Assembly (NCBI GenBank): GCA_007129455.1
Contig: SKVL01000003.1
Location: 1 to 42,508 of the forward strand
Direction of reading: 5' to 3'
Length of the DNA: 42,508 nt
Origin: Candidatus Campbellbacteria bacterium
GTDB lineage: Bacteria > Patescibacteriota > Minisyncoccia > Phycocordibacterales > CSBR16-193
The position numbers and the translations under genes are program-made. The notes under the pieces are model-generated. The model did no database searches. It was not told the origin of the DNA and saw only the letters and a program-made list of their open reading frames with translations. This document shows positions 9,347-17,355 of this stretch, in pieces (position 1 is the stretch's first letter; each line of letters starts with the position of its first letter).

Positions 9347-10624
9347 TTATTTATAAGTTAATAAAATGTATAAATCTGATACATTGCTACCGGTGGGTCC
9401 GGTTACGATTTGTCCTCCGACTTGAGCGAAGAAGTTGTAACTATCATTGTCGGAGATAAATCGCTTCGGGTCAAGGTGTAACTTCAGTGCTTTCTCTTTT
9501 ATTTCTTTATCACTGATAGCTCCGGCAACGTCGGTGTTGTCTATTCCGTCCGAGCCGGCCGCGATGAACACGGCTTCATCCGAGAGGTGTGGGAGGGCAC
9601 CCAGGGCGACCTCTTGATTTCTTCCGCCTTCGCCGGAACCCTTTATCGTTACCGTGGTTTCTCCTCCGCATACCAAGGCTCGACCGGGTAAAAGTTTCGT
9701 CTCGGCGAACTCTTCGCCAACCAGTCGGGCTTCACCCGAGACGTTTTTGCGGCCGGGGACAACCTCGTATCCGAGCTCTCTCGCCTCCGCCTCCATCGCT
9801 TCTATTGCGTCGCTGTTGGTAACAACCAAGAAATTTCTAACTCTCTTAAACCACTTGTCTTCTTTGGGGGTTGTTTTGAGTGCAAGATCGGGATTCCTGT
9901 CAAGCAAACCGTACTTTTTCAGGATTTCTTCGGCGTCATACACTGTGGTTGTGTCTTTGACCGTCGGACCGGAGGCAATTACTGAAATGTCATCTCCCAA
10001 AACATCGGAGAATAAAAGAGAGACCGTTTCTGCGGGGTATGCCATTTGAGCGAGTTGCCCGCCTTTTACGGCCGACAGGTGTTTTCTGACCGTGTTCAGT
10101 TCATATATGTCAGCCCCTTTTTTGGTGAGCGTTTGAGTTATGTCGATCAAGGTTTCGCAACTTGACTCATGAGGCAGACACATAAGAGCCGAACCTCCTC
10201 CGGAGATAGCTATTATTATAAGGTCGTGTTCGGTTGCGGATTCCAAGAGCTCGACTATTTCTTTGGTTGCCGAGATGTTCTTTTCCGAAGGCCAGGGATG
10301 TGTTCCTTCGTATGTTCTTATCAGGCTGAGTGTTCCTTTGACCGTGTCTATAACGACCCCGTCCTTGATGTGGTCGCCCAAAATACTCTCCATAATCCGA
10401 CCGGCCTCCAATGCACATTTACCCACACCTACAAAATAGATGTTTTCATATATAGATAGAGGAAAATGTTTCCCTTTTATCAAAAGTTCGCCATTCTCCA
10501 CTCTGACTTTTGAGCGAAGAACTTTTTCGGTGTTTATGGCCTCATAACCGGCTTCCAAAATATTCAAAGCGTCACGTCGACCCGGGTTGGTGGCCAGTTC
10601 ACGAAAGTTTTTTATATAAGTCAT
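9347..10624 (-). CDS. glycerate kinase, MOFRL family (glycerate 2-kinase / TtuD-like)
   Basis: 425 aa with an N-terminal DUF4147-like region and a C-terminal MOFRL-like region (GGETTV..GGRNQE). First gene of the minus-strand block. Confidence 0.85.
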   Translation of the reverse strand: MTYIKNFRELATNPGRRDALNILEAGYEAINTEKVLRSKVRVENGELLIKGKHFPLSIYENIYFVGVGKCALEAGRIMESILGDHIKDGVVIDTVKGTLSLIRTYEGTHPWPSEKNISATKEIVELLESATEHDLIIIAISGGGSALMCLPHESSCETLIDITQTLTKKGADIYELNTVRKHLSAVKGGQLAQMAYPAETVSLLFSDVLGDDISVIASGPTVKDTTTVYDAEEILKKYGLLDRNPDLALKTTPKEDKWFKRVRNFLVVTNSDAIEAMEAEARELGYEVVPGRKNVSGEARLVGEEFAETKLLPGRALVCGGETTVTIKGSGEGGRNQEVALGALPHLSDEAVFIAAGSDGIDNTDVAGAISDKEIKEKALKLHLDPKRFISDNDSYNFFAQVGGQIVTGPTGSNVSDLYILLTYK

Positions 10625-10666
10625 CGGTTAATTTTATTAGGTTTACAAAAAAGATTCAACGAATAA

Positions 10667-10908
10667 CCTCTCCCGTTCTTTGCTTACAAAGAGAGGAGGC
10701 AAATTCCCCCGTCCCCAATTTTGCGAGGTGTTTTTAATTAAAGTGGTAGAACGAGGCAAAGAATTGATTACCAAATGTTCAATGCTTCGCCCGACAAGGG
10801 ATGTGCTGTTCACGCCCGCGTTGAACGAGGCAACCTAAAGGCAAAATCGGAGAGGAGGGAATTTGGTGCTTAAAGGCCCAATATATTGGCTTTTCTTTTT
10901 TTCGGAAT
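10667..10908. other. unclassified structured, repeat-containing intergenic element (candidate ncRNA or leader; strand undetermined)
   Basis: Duplicated GAGAGGAGG (10691, 10850) and GAACGAGGCAA (10749, 10823). 9-bp complementarity between 10700-10708 and 10857-10865, with alternative partners. A weak hairpin plus T-tract lies at 10876-10902. GC content is visibly higher than in other spacers. Confidence 0.3.
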
Positions 10909-10957
10909 GTTTTTATTCAGCTTTTTTGATTTTCTCACCCACTTCTTCGACCTTTTG

Positions 10958-10966
10958 TGCTATATT
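10958..10966 (+). promoter_or_regulatory. extended -10 promoter (TGcTATATT) for tRNA-Leu/murD
   Basis: TGcTATATT ends 10 nt before the mature tRNA 5' end. T-rich UP-like tracts lie at 10891-10945. Confidence 0.45.
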
Positions 10967-10976
10967 CTACACAAAT

Positions 10977-11061
10977 GCCGTGGTGGCGGAATTGGTAGAC
11001 GCGCTGCGTTCAGGGCGCAGTTCTCTTAACGGGAGTGGGAGTTCGACTCTCCCCCACGGCA
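10977..11061 (+). tRNA. tRNA-Leu (anticodon CAG), class II with long variable arm, no encoded CCA
   Basis: Acceptor stem GCCGTGG/CCACGGC. Anticodon stem CTGCG/CGCAG with loop TTCAGGG, giving CAG. Variable arm TCTCTTAACGGGAGT. T arm GGGAG-TTCGACT-CTCCC. Discriminator A. Confidence 0.93.
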
Positions 11062-11068
11062 CAGTAAA

Positions 11069-12424
11069 ATGGACCCTTATAAAGAATACTTTAGAGGTAA
11101 ATGTATAACCCTGATGGGACTAGGTCTTCTGGGAAGAGGTGTGGGCGACGCTCGCTTCCTGGCTGAGCAAGGTGCCGAGGTTACGGTCACTGATTTGAAA
11201 GATGAAGATTTACTGAAGGATAGCGTTGATAAACTGAAAGACCTTGAGAACATTCGCTTTGTTTTGGGAGAGCACCGCATTGAGGATTTTCAAAACACGG
11301 ACATGGTTATCAAAGGCGCGGGGGTTCCTCTCGGGTCCCCCCATATTGAAGAGGCTCGCAAGAGAGGTGTCCCGATTCGTATGAGTACCGCGCTTTTTGC
11401 CGAACTCACGCCGTCGATCGTTATAGGTGTTACCGGAACCAAAGGAAAGACCACTGTGTCTTACCTTGTGCATCACATTTTAAAAGAAGTCGGTAAAGAA
11501 GTTTTCCTCGGTGGTAACGCTCGTTTGATATCAACGCTGGCTTACTTACCTCAAAGCAAGAAAGGGGAGATCTCCGTTCTCGAACTTGACTCTTGGCAGT
11601 TGCAGGGCTTTGCCGAGGCAGGCATCTCTCCACCTCTTGCAATCTTTACCAATTTTATGCCGGACCATCTGAACTATTACAACGGTGACATGAACGCTTA
11701 TCTGGAAGACAAGGCTTCTATTTTTATAAACCAAAAAAAAGAAGATCTATTGTTTTTGGGAAAAGATGTTCACGAAAAATTGAAGGGAGTTTATGACGGT
11801 CGAATAAAAAGCAAGGTGAAGGATGTTCTGTCGACAGACCTTCCGCCTGACTGGATAGTTGCCATACCGGGGGAACACAATCGCTTGAACGCCTCTCTGG
11901 CGACATCTCTGGCGAGGTCTCTGGGTGTTCCAATGGAAAGTTGCAAGAGGGCGCTGGCCAACTTTCCTGGGATATCTGGACGACTTGAATACAGAGGAGA
12001 GTTAAATGGTAGAAAGTTTTACAATGATAACAATGCCACTACTCCCGAGGCGACAGCCGCTTCCGTTGATGCACTGAAGGAAGAGGGTAGAGTGATCTTG
12101 ATTGCCGGAGGGGCTGATAAGAATCTTCCACCGGAAAATCTCAAGAAAGCGATTGAGAGTTCGATTTTTCAAACCTTTCTTTTACCGGGGTCCGGCACCG
12201 ATAAATTGAAAAAGATAACCGATCCTTTGAAGATAAAAGAAGTTCCTGACGTAAAGCAGGCGCTCGAGTCGGCATATTCGGTTTCAAAAGAAGGAGACAT
12301 CATCCTTTTCAGTCCCGCTTTTGCCTCTTTTTCTCAGTTCAGTAACGAATATGAAAGAGAGAAAGTTTTCTTGAAGGAGCTTGAGAGAATCTCTTCAAAC
12401 AATCCATCCGACGGAGTTGAATAA
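11069..12424 (+). CDS. murD: UDP-N-acetylmuramoylalanine--D-glutamate ligase
   Basis: N-terminal Rossmann GLGLLGRG, Mur-ligase P-loop GVTGTKGKTT, and a C-terminal Mur ligase domain. Confidence 0.93.
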   Translation: MDPYKEYFRGKCITLMGLGLLGRGVGDARFLAEQGAEVTVTDLKDEDLLKDSVDKLKDLENIRFVLGEHRIEDFQNTDMVIKGAGVPLGSPHIEEARKRGVPIRMSTALFAELTPSIVIGVTGTKGKTTVSYLVHHILKEVGKEVFLGGNARLISTLAYLPQSKKGEISVLELDSWQLQGFAEAGISPPLAIFTNFMPDHLNYYNGDMNAYLEDKASIFINQKKEDLLFLGKDVHEKLKGVYDGRIKSKVKDVLSTDLPPDWIVAIPGEHNRLNASLATSLARSLGVPMESCKRALANFPGISGRLEYRGELNGRKFYNDNNATTPEATAASVDALKEEGRVILIAGGADKNLPPENLKKAIESSIFQTFLLPGSGTDKLKKITDPLKIKEVPDVKQALESAYSVSKEGDIILFSPAFASFSQFSNEYEREKVFLKELERISSNNPSDGVE

Positions 12425-12503
12425 GAATATTGATTTAAAACACGGTGTTCTTTTGAGGAAGCGAGGTTTCACTGGGTTGTGAATTTTTAATATATAGCAC
12501 ATA

Positions 12504-12512
12504 TGCTATACT
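12504..12512 (+). promoter_or_regulatory. extended -10 promoter (TGcTATACT), 7 nt before the murC ATG (leaderless configuration)
   Basis: TATACT at 12507-12512 and ATG at 12520. No Shine-Dalgarno sequence. It overlaps the inverted repeat tatagca-cata-tgctata (12493-12510). Confidence 0.45.
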
Positions 12513-12519
12513 TTTTTTC

Positions 12520-13842
12520 ATGTTGGGAGGACTGGAAAGATACAAAAGGATTCACTTCACTGGCATTGGAGGCATAGGAATGTCGGCTTTGGCTGGGCTG
12601 TGTCTTAAACACGGCAAAACAGTTACCGGCTCCGACAGTCACCGGTCGAAAATAACCGAGAGACTTTCAGCCGAAGGGGCCGACTACTTTGGTGAAGAAT
12701 CGAAGGAAAACATATCCGACTCTCATGATCTTTTAGTGTATACTCCTGCGGTTTTGGAAGATCACCCGGAACTTTTGGAAGCGCGAAAGAAGAACATCCT
12801 CGCCATATCTTATCCCGAAGCCTTGGGTTTAATATCCAAGGATATGTTTACTATTGCCGTATCCGGCACTCATGGCAAGACGACAACGACGGCCATGATT
12901 GCACACATTCTTGAAAGTTTAGGACTGGATCCGACAGTCGTTGTCGGCTCACTGATCAAAGGTGATGGTAACGGAGACTGGACCTCGAACTTTCGTTACG
13001 GGAAAGGCGGGCATCTCGTCGTTGAAGCTTGCGAGTATAAAAGATCATTTTCTTATCTGTACCCGAACGTTTTGGTTATTACCAACATAGAGGAGGATCA
13101 CCTTGATTACTATAAAGACCTCTCCGATATCCAGTCCGCTTTCCGGGATGTCGTATTGAAATTACCTGAAGACGGAAAGTTGGTTTGCTTGCCGGAGGAT
13201 GAGAAAGTTAAGCCCGTTACTTCTTTTTCGAAAGCGACTGTCATTGATTACGGAAAAGAAAAGATGGATGAATTGAGTCTCCCGACTCCGGGGGAGCACA
13301 ATCGTCTGAATGCTCGGGCCGCCATGGCCGCGGTGGCTACCGTCGGTGTTTCGAGCGAGGACGCAAAGAAAACTCTCGAATCTTTTTCCGGAACATGGAG
13401 GAGGTTCGAGTACAAAGGCGAAACGAAAAAAGGTGCCTTGGTTTATGATGACTATGCGCATCACCCTAGTGAGATAGTTGCCACTATCTCGGCCACCAGG
13501 GAGAAGTTCGCGGATAAAGAAGTTGTGGTTGTTTTTCAACCTCACCTTTATAGCCGTACCGATTTTTTCTTTGATGATTTTGTTGATGCGCTTTCGGGGG
13601 CCGATTATGTTGTCCTTACACCGGTCTATCAAGCCCGGGTTGAAAAACACGAGCCCGAGCATTCTTCGGAGCATTTGGTTTCCCGTCTTTCGGATAAAGT
13701 TAGGGGAGTATTTTCTGTACCATCTCTAGAAAATGCGGTTGACTTGGTCTCAAAAAAGTTTAACTCCGACTGTGTTGTGATAATGATGGGGGCGGGGGAT
13801 ATATATACCGTCACAAAAAAACTGGTGCTGGAAAAAGTCTGA
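12520..13842 (+). CDS. murC: UDP-N-acetylmuramate--L-alanine ligase
   Basis: HFTGIGGIGMSALA N-terminus and P-loop AVSGTHGKTTTTAM. Confidence 0.95.
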   Translation: MLGGLERYKRIHFTGIGGIGMSALAGLCLKHGKTVTGSDSHRSKITERLSAEGADYFGEESKENISDSHDLLVYTPAVLEDHPELLEARKKNILAISYPEALGLISKDMFTIAVSGTHGKTTTTAMIAHILESLGLDPTVVVGSLIKGDGNGDWTSNFRYGKGGHLVVEACEYKRSFSYLYPNVLVITNIEEDHLDYYKDLSDIQSAFRDVVLKLPEDGKLVCLPEDEKVKPVTSFSKATVIDYGKEKMDELSLPTPGEHNRLNARAAMAAVATVGVSSEDAKKTLESFSGTWRRFEYKGETKKGALVYDDYAHHPSEIVATISATREKFADKEVVVVFQPHLYSRTDFFFDDFVDALSGADYVVLTPVYQARVEKHEPEHSSEHLVSRLSDKVRGVFSVPSLENAVDLVSKKFNSDCVVIMMGAGDIYTVTKKLVLEKV

Positions 13843-13899
13843 CGGGAGGGCTATACTTATTTTCAAGGTTTTTAAACAAAAATTAAATTTTAAAGAAAC

Positions 13900-14199
13900 A
13901 TGTCAAGATCAACTGTGATAATCATAATGGCTCTGTTTGTGATACTAGTTCCCTTTTTGGGTTTTCCGCGTGGATGGGAGCCTTATATTTTTCTTTTGCT
14001 TGGAGGGGTTATAATCACGATTGAACTTTATGCCGTTTTGGTTCGCGCTCAGCGAACTTTTTTTCGTAACTACGAAATCAATACGGAAGTTTACGCCGAA
14101 CGAATACAAAGGAAGGCTACTCCGACCCTTTTGGACTCGGAAGACGAAGAAAAAGAGGGGCCTCTCAATGATGAAAAGTTGGAAGAAGAGGTTAAATAA
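13900..14199 (+). CDS. small membrane protein (2 TM helices, acidic C-terminal tail), function unknown
   Basis: 99-aa ORF with two hydrophobic helices followed by DSEDEEKEG..EEEVK. Its stop overlaps the next start (TAATG). Confidence 0.55.
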   Translation: MSRSTVIIIMALFVILVPFLGFPRGWEPYIFLLLGGVIITIELYAVLVRAQRTFFRNYEINTEVYAERIQRKATPTLLDSEDEEKEGPLNDEKLEEEVK

Positions 14200-15479
14200 T
14201 GAAAATGAAAGCGCTTTTTATCATATTGTTCGCTTCGGCGTTTCTGGTATCTGCTTCCGCTTTTTTTATAACGGCGGAATCTTCGGTTTTGAAATACGAG
14301 AACGATCTTTCGAAAGAAAACGAAGCGGATAAAGAAACGGTTCTCGGGGAGGAAGATGAAGAGATTGACGAAGAAACAATCGAAGAAAATGAAGATCATC
14401 ATGAAGTTTTTATTCCCATAAGAATGGAAACTCCGGAGGCGGTAAGGTCCGTTTATATGACCTCTTGTTACGCCGGTTCACTTTCGCTGAGAAACAGCTT
14501 GATTGGACTTATAGAAAGGACCGAACTGAACTCAATAGTGATAGACATCAAGGACTACACCGGAATGATATCTTTCAAGTCGGAGCATCCTGATCTGGCG
14601 AAGGCTTACGCAACCCATTGTCCGGTTAGAGACATGAGAGAACTTGTCTATGAACTTAACGAGAAAGGGATATATGTTATTGGCAGGATAACCGTTTTTC
14701 AAGATAATTACTTGGCGAATAAGCGTCCCGATCTGGCGGTTTTGCGTGAAAGCGACAGAAAGGTCTGGATGGACAATAAAGGGATAAGCTTTACCGACCC
14801 GTCTGCCAAAGAGGTTTGGGATTACCATGTTCTCTTGAGTAAGGAGTCGTATGATTTAGGTTTTGATGAACTTAATTTCGATTACATCCGATTTCCCTCG
14901 GACGGCCCCATGAATGACATATATTTTCCTCATAGCAAGGATCGGCGAAAGGCCGATGTGATGGAGGAGTTCTTTTCTTATCTACACACGGAACTTAAAG
15001 ACGTCGGCATTGTAACCTCTGCGGACTTTTTCGGTATGACGACTTCGGCTAAAAATGACTTGGGAATCGGCCAAGTTTGGGAGAAGGCCTTACCTTACTT
15101 TGATTTTATCTGCCCGATGATATACCCGTCTCATTATCCTTTTGGATTCAAGGGGCTGGGTAACCCGAACGAGAATCTATATCAGGTGGTAAAGTGGTCT
15201 TTGGATGACGCTATAGAAAGGACCATAGCCACCACAACGATTTTTAAAACCATGGGAAGTGAGAGAGTCGGGACAAGCACGCCGGCCATATATACGAAAG
15301 AAGTTTTTGAAAAAGAACGAATCCGTCCGTGGATCCAAGGCTTTCGTTACGGTGGACCTTACACGGCTGAGGATGTTCGTCTTCAGATACAAGCCGTCTA
15401 CTCGGCGGGACTTCACTCTTGGATGCTTTGGGATCCGTCCAACAGATACACTCCCGCAGCTCTGGAGCCCGCTTCTTGA
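14199..15479 (+). CDS. secreted putative glycoside hydrolase, DUF4015 / GHL-type TIM barrel (tentative)
   Basis: Signal-peptide-like N-terminus and an acidic linker. Then VRSVYMTS..LNSIVIDIKDYTG..GFDELNFDYIRFP, a pattern I associate with DUF4015-type putative hydrolases. Confidence 0.6.
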   Translation: MKMKALFIILFASAFLVSASAFFITAESSVLKYENDLSKENEADKETVLGEEDEEIDEETIEENEDHHEVFIPIRMETPEAVRSVYMTSCYAGSLSLRNSLIGLIERTELNSIVIDIKDYTGMISFKSEHPDLAKAYATHCPVRDMRELVYELNEKGIYVIGRITVFQDNYLANKRPDLAVLRESDRKVWMDNKGISFTDPSAKEVWDYHVLLSKESYDLGFDELNFDYIRFPSDGPMNDIYFPHSKDRRKADVMEEFFSYLHTELKDVGIVTSADFFGMTTSAKNDLGIGQVWEKALPYFDFICPMIYPSHYPFGFKGLGNPNENLYQVVKWSLDDAIERTIATTTIFKTMGSERVGTSTPAIYTKEVFEKERIRPWIQGFRYGGPYTAEDVRLQIQAVYSAGLHSWMLWDPSNRYTPAALEPAS

Positions 15480-15567
15480 TAAAGGAGCTGTTATATTTTT
15501 AATTTGGTATCAGGTCTTGAAAATTTACAATATGGAAAAATCCATTTTTCACCAAATACATTGAAAA

Positions 15568-15576
15568 TGTTATTAT
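15568..15576 (+). promoter_or_regulatory. extended -10 promoter (TGtTATTAT), 6 nt before ATG 15583 (leaderless configuration)
   Basis: TATTAT at 15571-15576 and ATG at 15583. No Shine-Dalgarno sequence. Confidence 0.45.
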
Positions 15577-15582
15577 AACTTC

Positions 15583-17310
15583 ATGCAAGACACGAACCCG
15601 GAACAGGTCACATATATAGGAGAAACCGATTCTCGTAACAAGAAAAAAGTTTTCGGCATCAAGGCGAAAGACAGGTCTCGCCATATGTATGTAATCGGTA
15701 AAACCGGAATGGGAAAATCAACCGTCCTTGAGAATATGGCTGTTCAGGACATTAAAAACGGAGAAGGTCTGGCCTTCATCGATCCACATGGAAAAAGCGC
15801 CGATCTTCTTTTGGACTATGTTCCCAAAGAAAGAATAAAGGATGTTATCTACTTCGCGCCGTTTGATGTCAATCACCCGATTGCGTTCAATGTTATGGAG
15901 GATGTCGGTTATGACAAACGCCACTTGGTTATGAGCGGATTGATGAGTGCTTTTAAAAAGATTTGGGTTGATGCATGGTCGGCCAGAATGGAGTATATAC
16001 TCGGCAACACTTTATTGGCCCTTTTGGAGTATCCCGAATCAACGCTTCTGAGTATAAACAGGATGTTCTCTGATAAGGAATATCGGAAGAAGGTGGTTGA
16101 TAACGTGGCCGACACCACTGTCAAGGTTTTTTGGGAAGAAGAGTTTGCTCGTTACACAGACAGGTTTGCGGCCGAAGCGACACCCGCGATTCAGAATAAA
16201 GTGGGACAGTTCACATCCAACCCTTTGATAAGGAATATAATCGGTCAGCCGACTTCAAGTTTTGACTTGAGGCGTGTCATGGATGAGAAGAAGATATTCA
16301 TAGTGAATCTTTCCAAGGGAAGAGTGGGAGAAGTAAATGCAAATCTTTTGGGAAGCATGCTGATAACCAAACTGTATCTTTCCGCAATGTCTCGTGCCGA
16401 TACGGAAGAAAAAGAACTTGCAAAACTACCCAATTTTTTTCTTTATGTCGACGAGTTCCAGTCTTTCGCCAACGAATCTTTTGCCGACATTCTTTCGGAG
16501 GCGCGAAAGTATAAGCTTAATCTCACTCTCGCTCACCAGTATATTGAACAGATGGCCGACGAAGTCAAAGAGGCCGTTTTTGGTAATGTCGGTACGATGG
16601 TCTCTTTTCGTGTCGGGGCATATGACGCGGAGGTTTTGGAAAAAGAGTTTGCCCCCAAATTCACTGCCGAAGACTTGGTTAATCTGGGTTTCGCTCAGAT
16701 ATATTTGAAGCTCATGATAGACGGCGTGAGCTCCTCTCCTTTTTCCGCCTGCACATTGCCCCCCATAGACCCCACGGGATTATCTTTGAAGTCGAAAATA
16801 GTAGAGTACTCCAGAGGGGCATACTCAAATTCCAGATCAAGCGTGGAGGATAATATAAAAAAGTGGTACAGCCAAGATAAGATTAGTGAGGAGAGATATA
16901 AAAAAGAAGAAAAGGGACCCAAAAGATCGAGAGAGAAAACGGATAAAGATGTAAAAAGAGAGATGACAAAAAAAGCACCACCTAAAAACGGTGAGAGGAT
17001 GGAGGACGTCGGTAAAGAGATTCGTAAAGCTATCGCCGCTAAAAAAACTACCACAAAAAAATCTTTTGAAACCGAAAATACCGATAGCAAGGCGGAGTTG
17101 CGACAGGCGTTGGAAGCGTTGAAAAAGAAAGGTTCTTTTGTCAATAAGGAAACAAAAGAGAAAGGAGGAGAGAAATTGAACGATAAGAAAACAGCAAGTA
17201 ATCTCAAGGGAGAAAATAAAAGATTGGAAGATAAGAAAAGCGCAACCGAAAGCGAGTCCGCACGCGAGGTTCCCGAAAATGAACTCAAAAAAATCTTGGG
17301 AATAGAATGA
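15583..17310 (+). CDS. soluble VirD4/TraD/TrwB-like P-loop ATPase (coupling-protein family) with a long K/E-rich C-terminal tail
   Basis: Walker A VIGKTGMGKST and Walker B-like FFLYVDEFQSF. LTLAHQYIEQM and VSFRVG match TraG-D_C-type modules. No N-terminal TM helices. About the last 150 aa are low-complexity K/E-rich. Confidence 0.72.
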   Translation: MQDTNPEQVTYIGETDSRNKKKVFGIKAKDRSRHMYVIGKTGMGKSTVLENMAVQDIKNGEGLAFIDPHGKSADLLLDYVPKERIKDVIYFAPFDVNHPIAFNVMEDVGYDKRHLVMSGLMSAFKKIWVDAWSARMEYILGNTLLALLEYPESTLLSINRMFSDKEYRKKVVDNVADTTVKVFWEEEFARYTDRFAAEATPAIQNKVGQFTSNPLIRNIIGQPTSSFDLRRVMDEKKIFIVNLSKGRVGEVNANLLGSMLITKLYLSAMSRADTEEKELAKLPNFFLYVDEFQSFANESFADILSEARKYKLNLTLAHQYIEQMADEVKEAVFGNVGTMVSFRVGAYDAEVLEKEFAPKFTAEDLVNLGFAQIYLKLMIDGVSSSPFSACTLPPIDPTGLSLKSKIVEYSRGAYSNSRSSVEDNIKKWYSQDKISEERYKKEEKGPKRSREKTDKDVKREMTKKAPPKNGERMEDVGKEIRKAIAAKKTTTKKSFETENTDSKAELRQALEALKKKGSFVNKETKEKGGEKLNDKKTASNLKGENKRLEDKKSATESESAREVPENELKKILGIE

Positions 17311-17341
17311 AAAAAGTAAGAAACTTTTTGATCTTGAAATC

Positions 17342-17350
17342 TGTTATAAA
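17342..17350 (+). promoter_or_regulatory. extended -10 promoter (TGtTATAAA), 5 nt before the murB ATG (leaderless configuration)
   Basis: TATAAA at 17345-17350 and ATG at 17356. No Shine-Dalgarno sequence. Confidence 0.4.
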
Positions 17351-17355
17351 TTTAC

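Noticed and set aside
10876-10902. Confident rho-independent terminator on the plus strand before the tRNA promoter
   Set aside because: The stem is only 5-6 bp with a bulge and a minimal loop. The T-tracts are equally well explained as an UP-like element of the tRNA-Leu promoter. It is kept only as part of the unclassified-element finding.
10863-11108. 81-aa ORF spanning the tRNA-Leu gene
   Set aside because: It reads straight through the promoter, the whole tRNA and the murD start. It is an artefact of an open frame.
16695-17288. 197-aa antisense ORF opposite the K/E-rich tail of the VirD4-like ATPase
   Set aside because: It is the mirror image of low-complexity AAG/GAA-rich coding sequence (an S/F/L-rich product). 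It has no start context.
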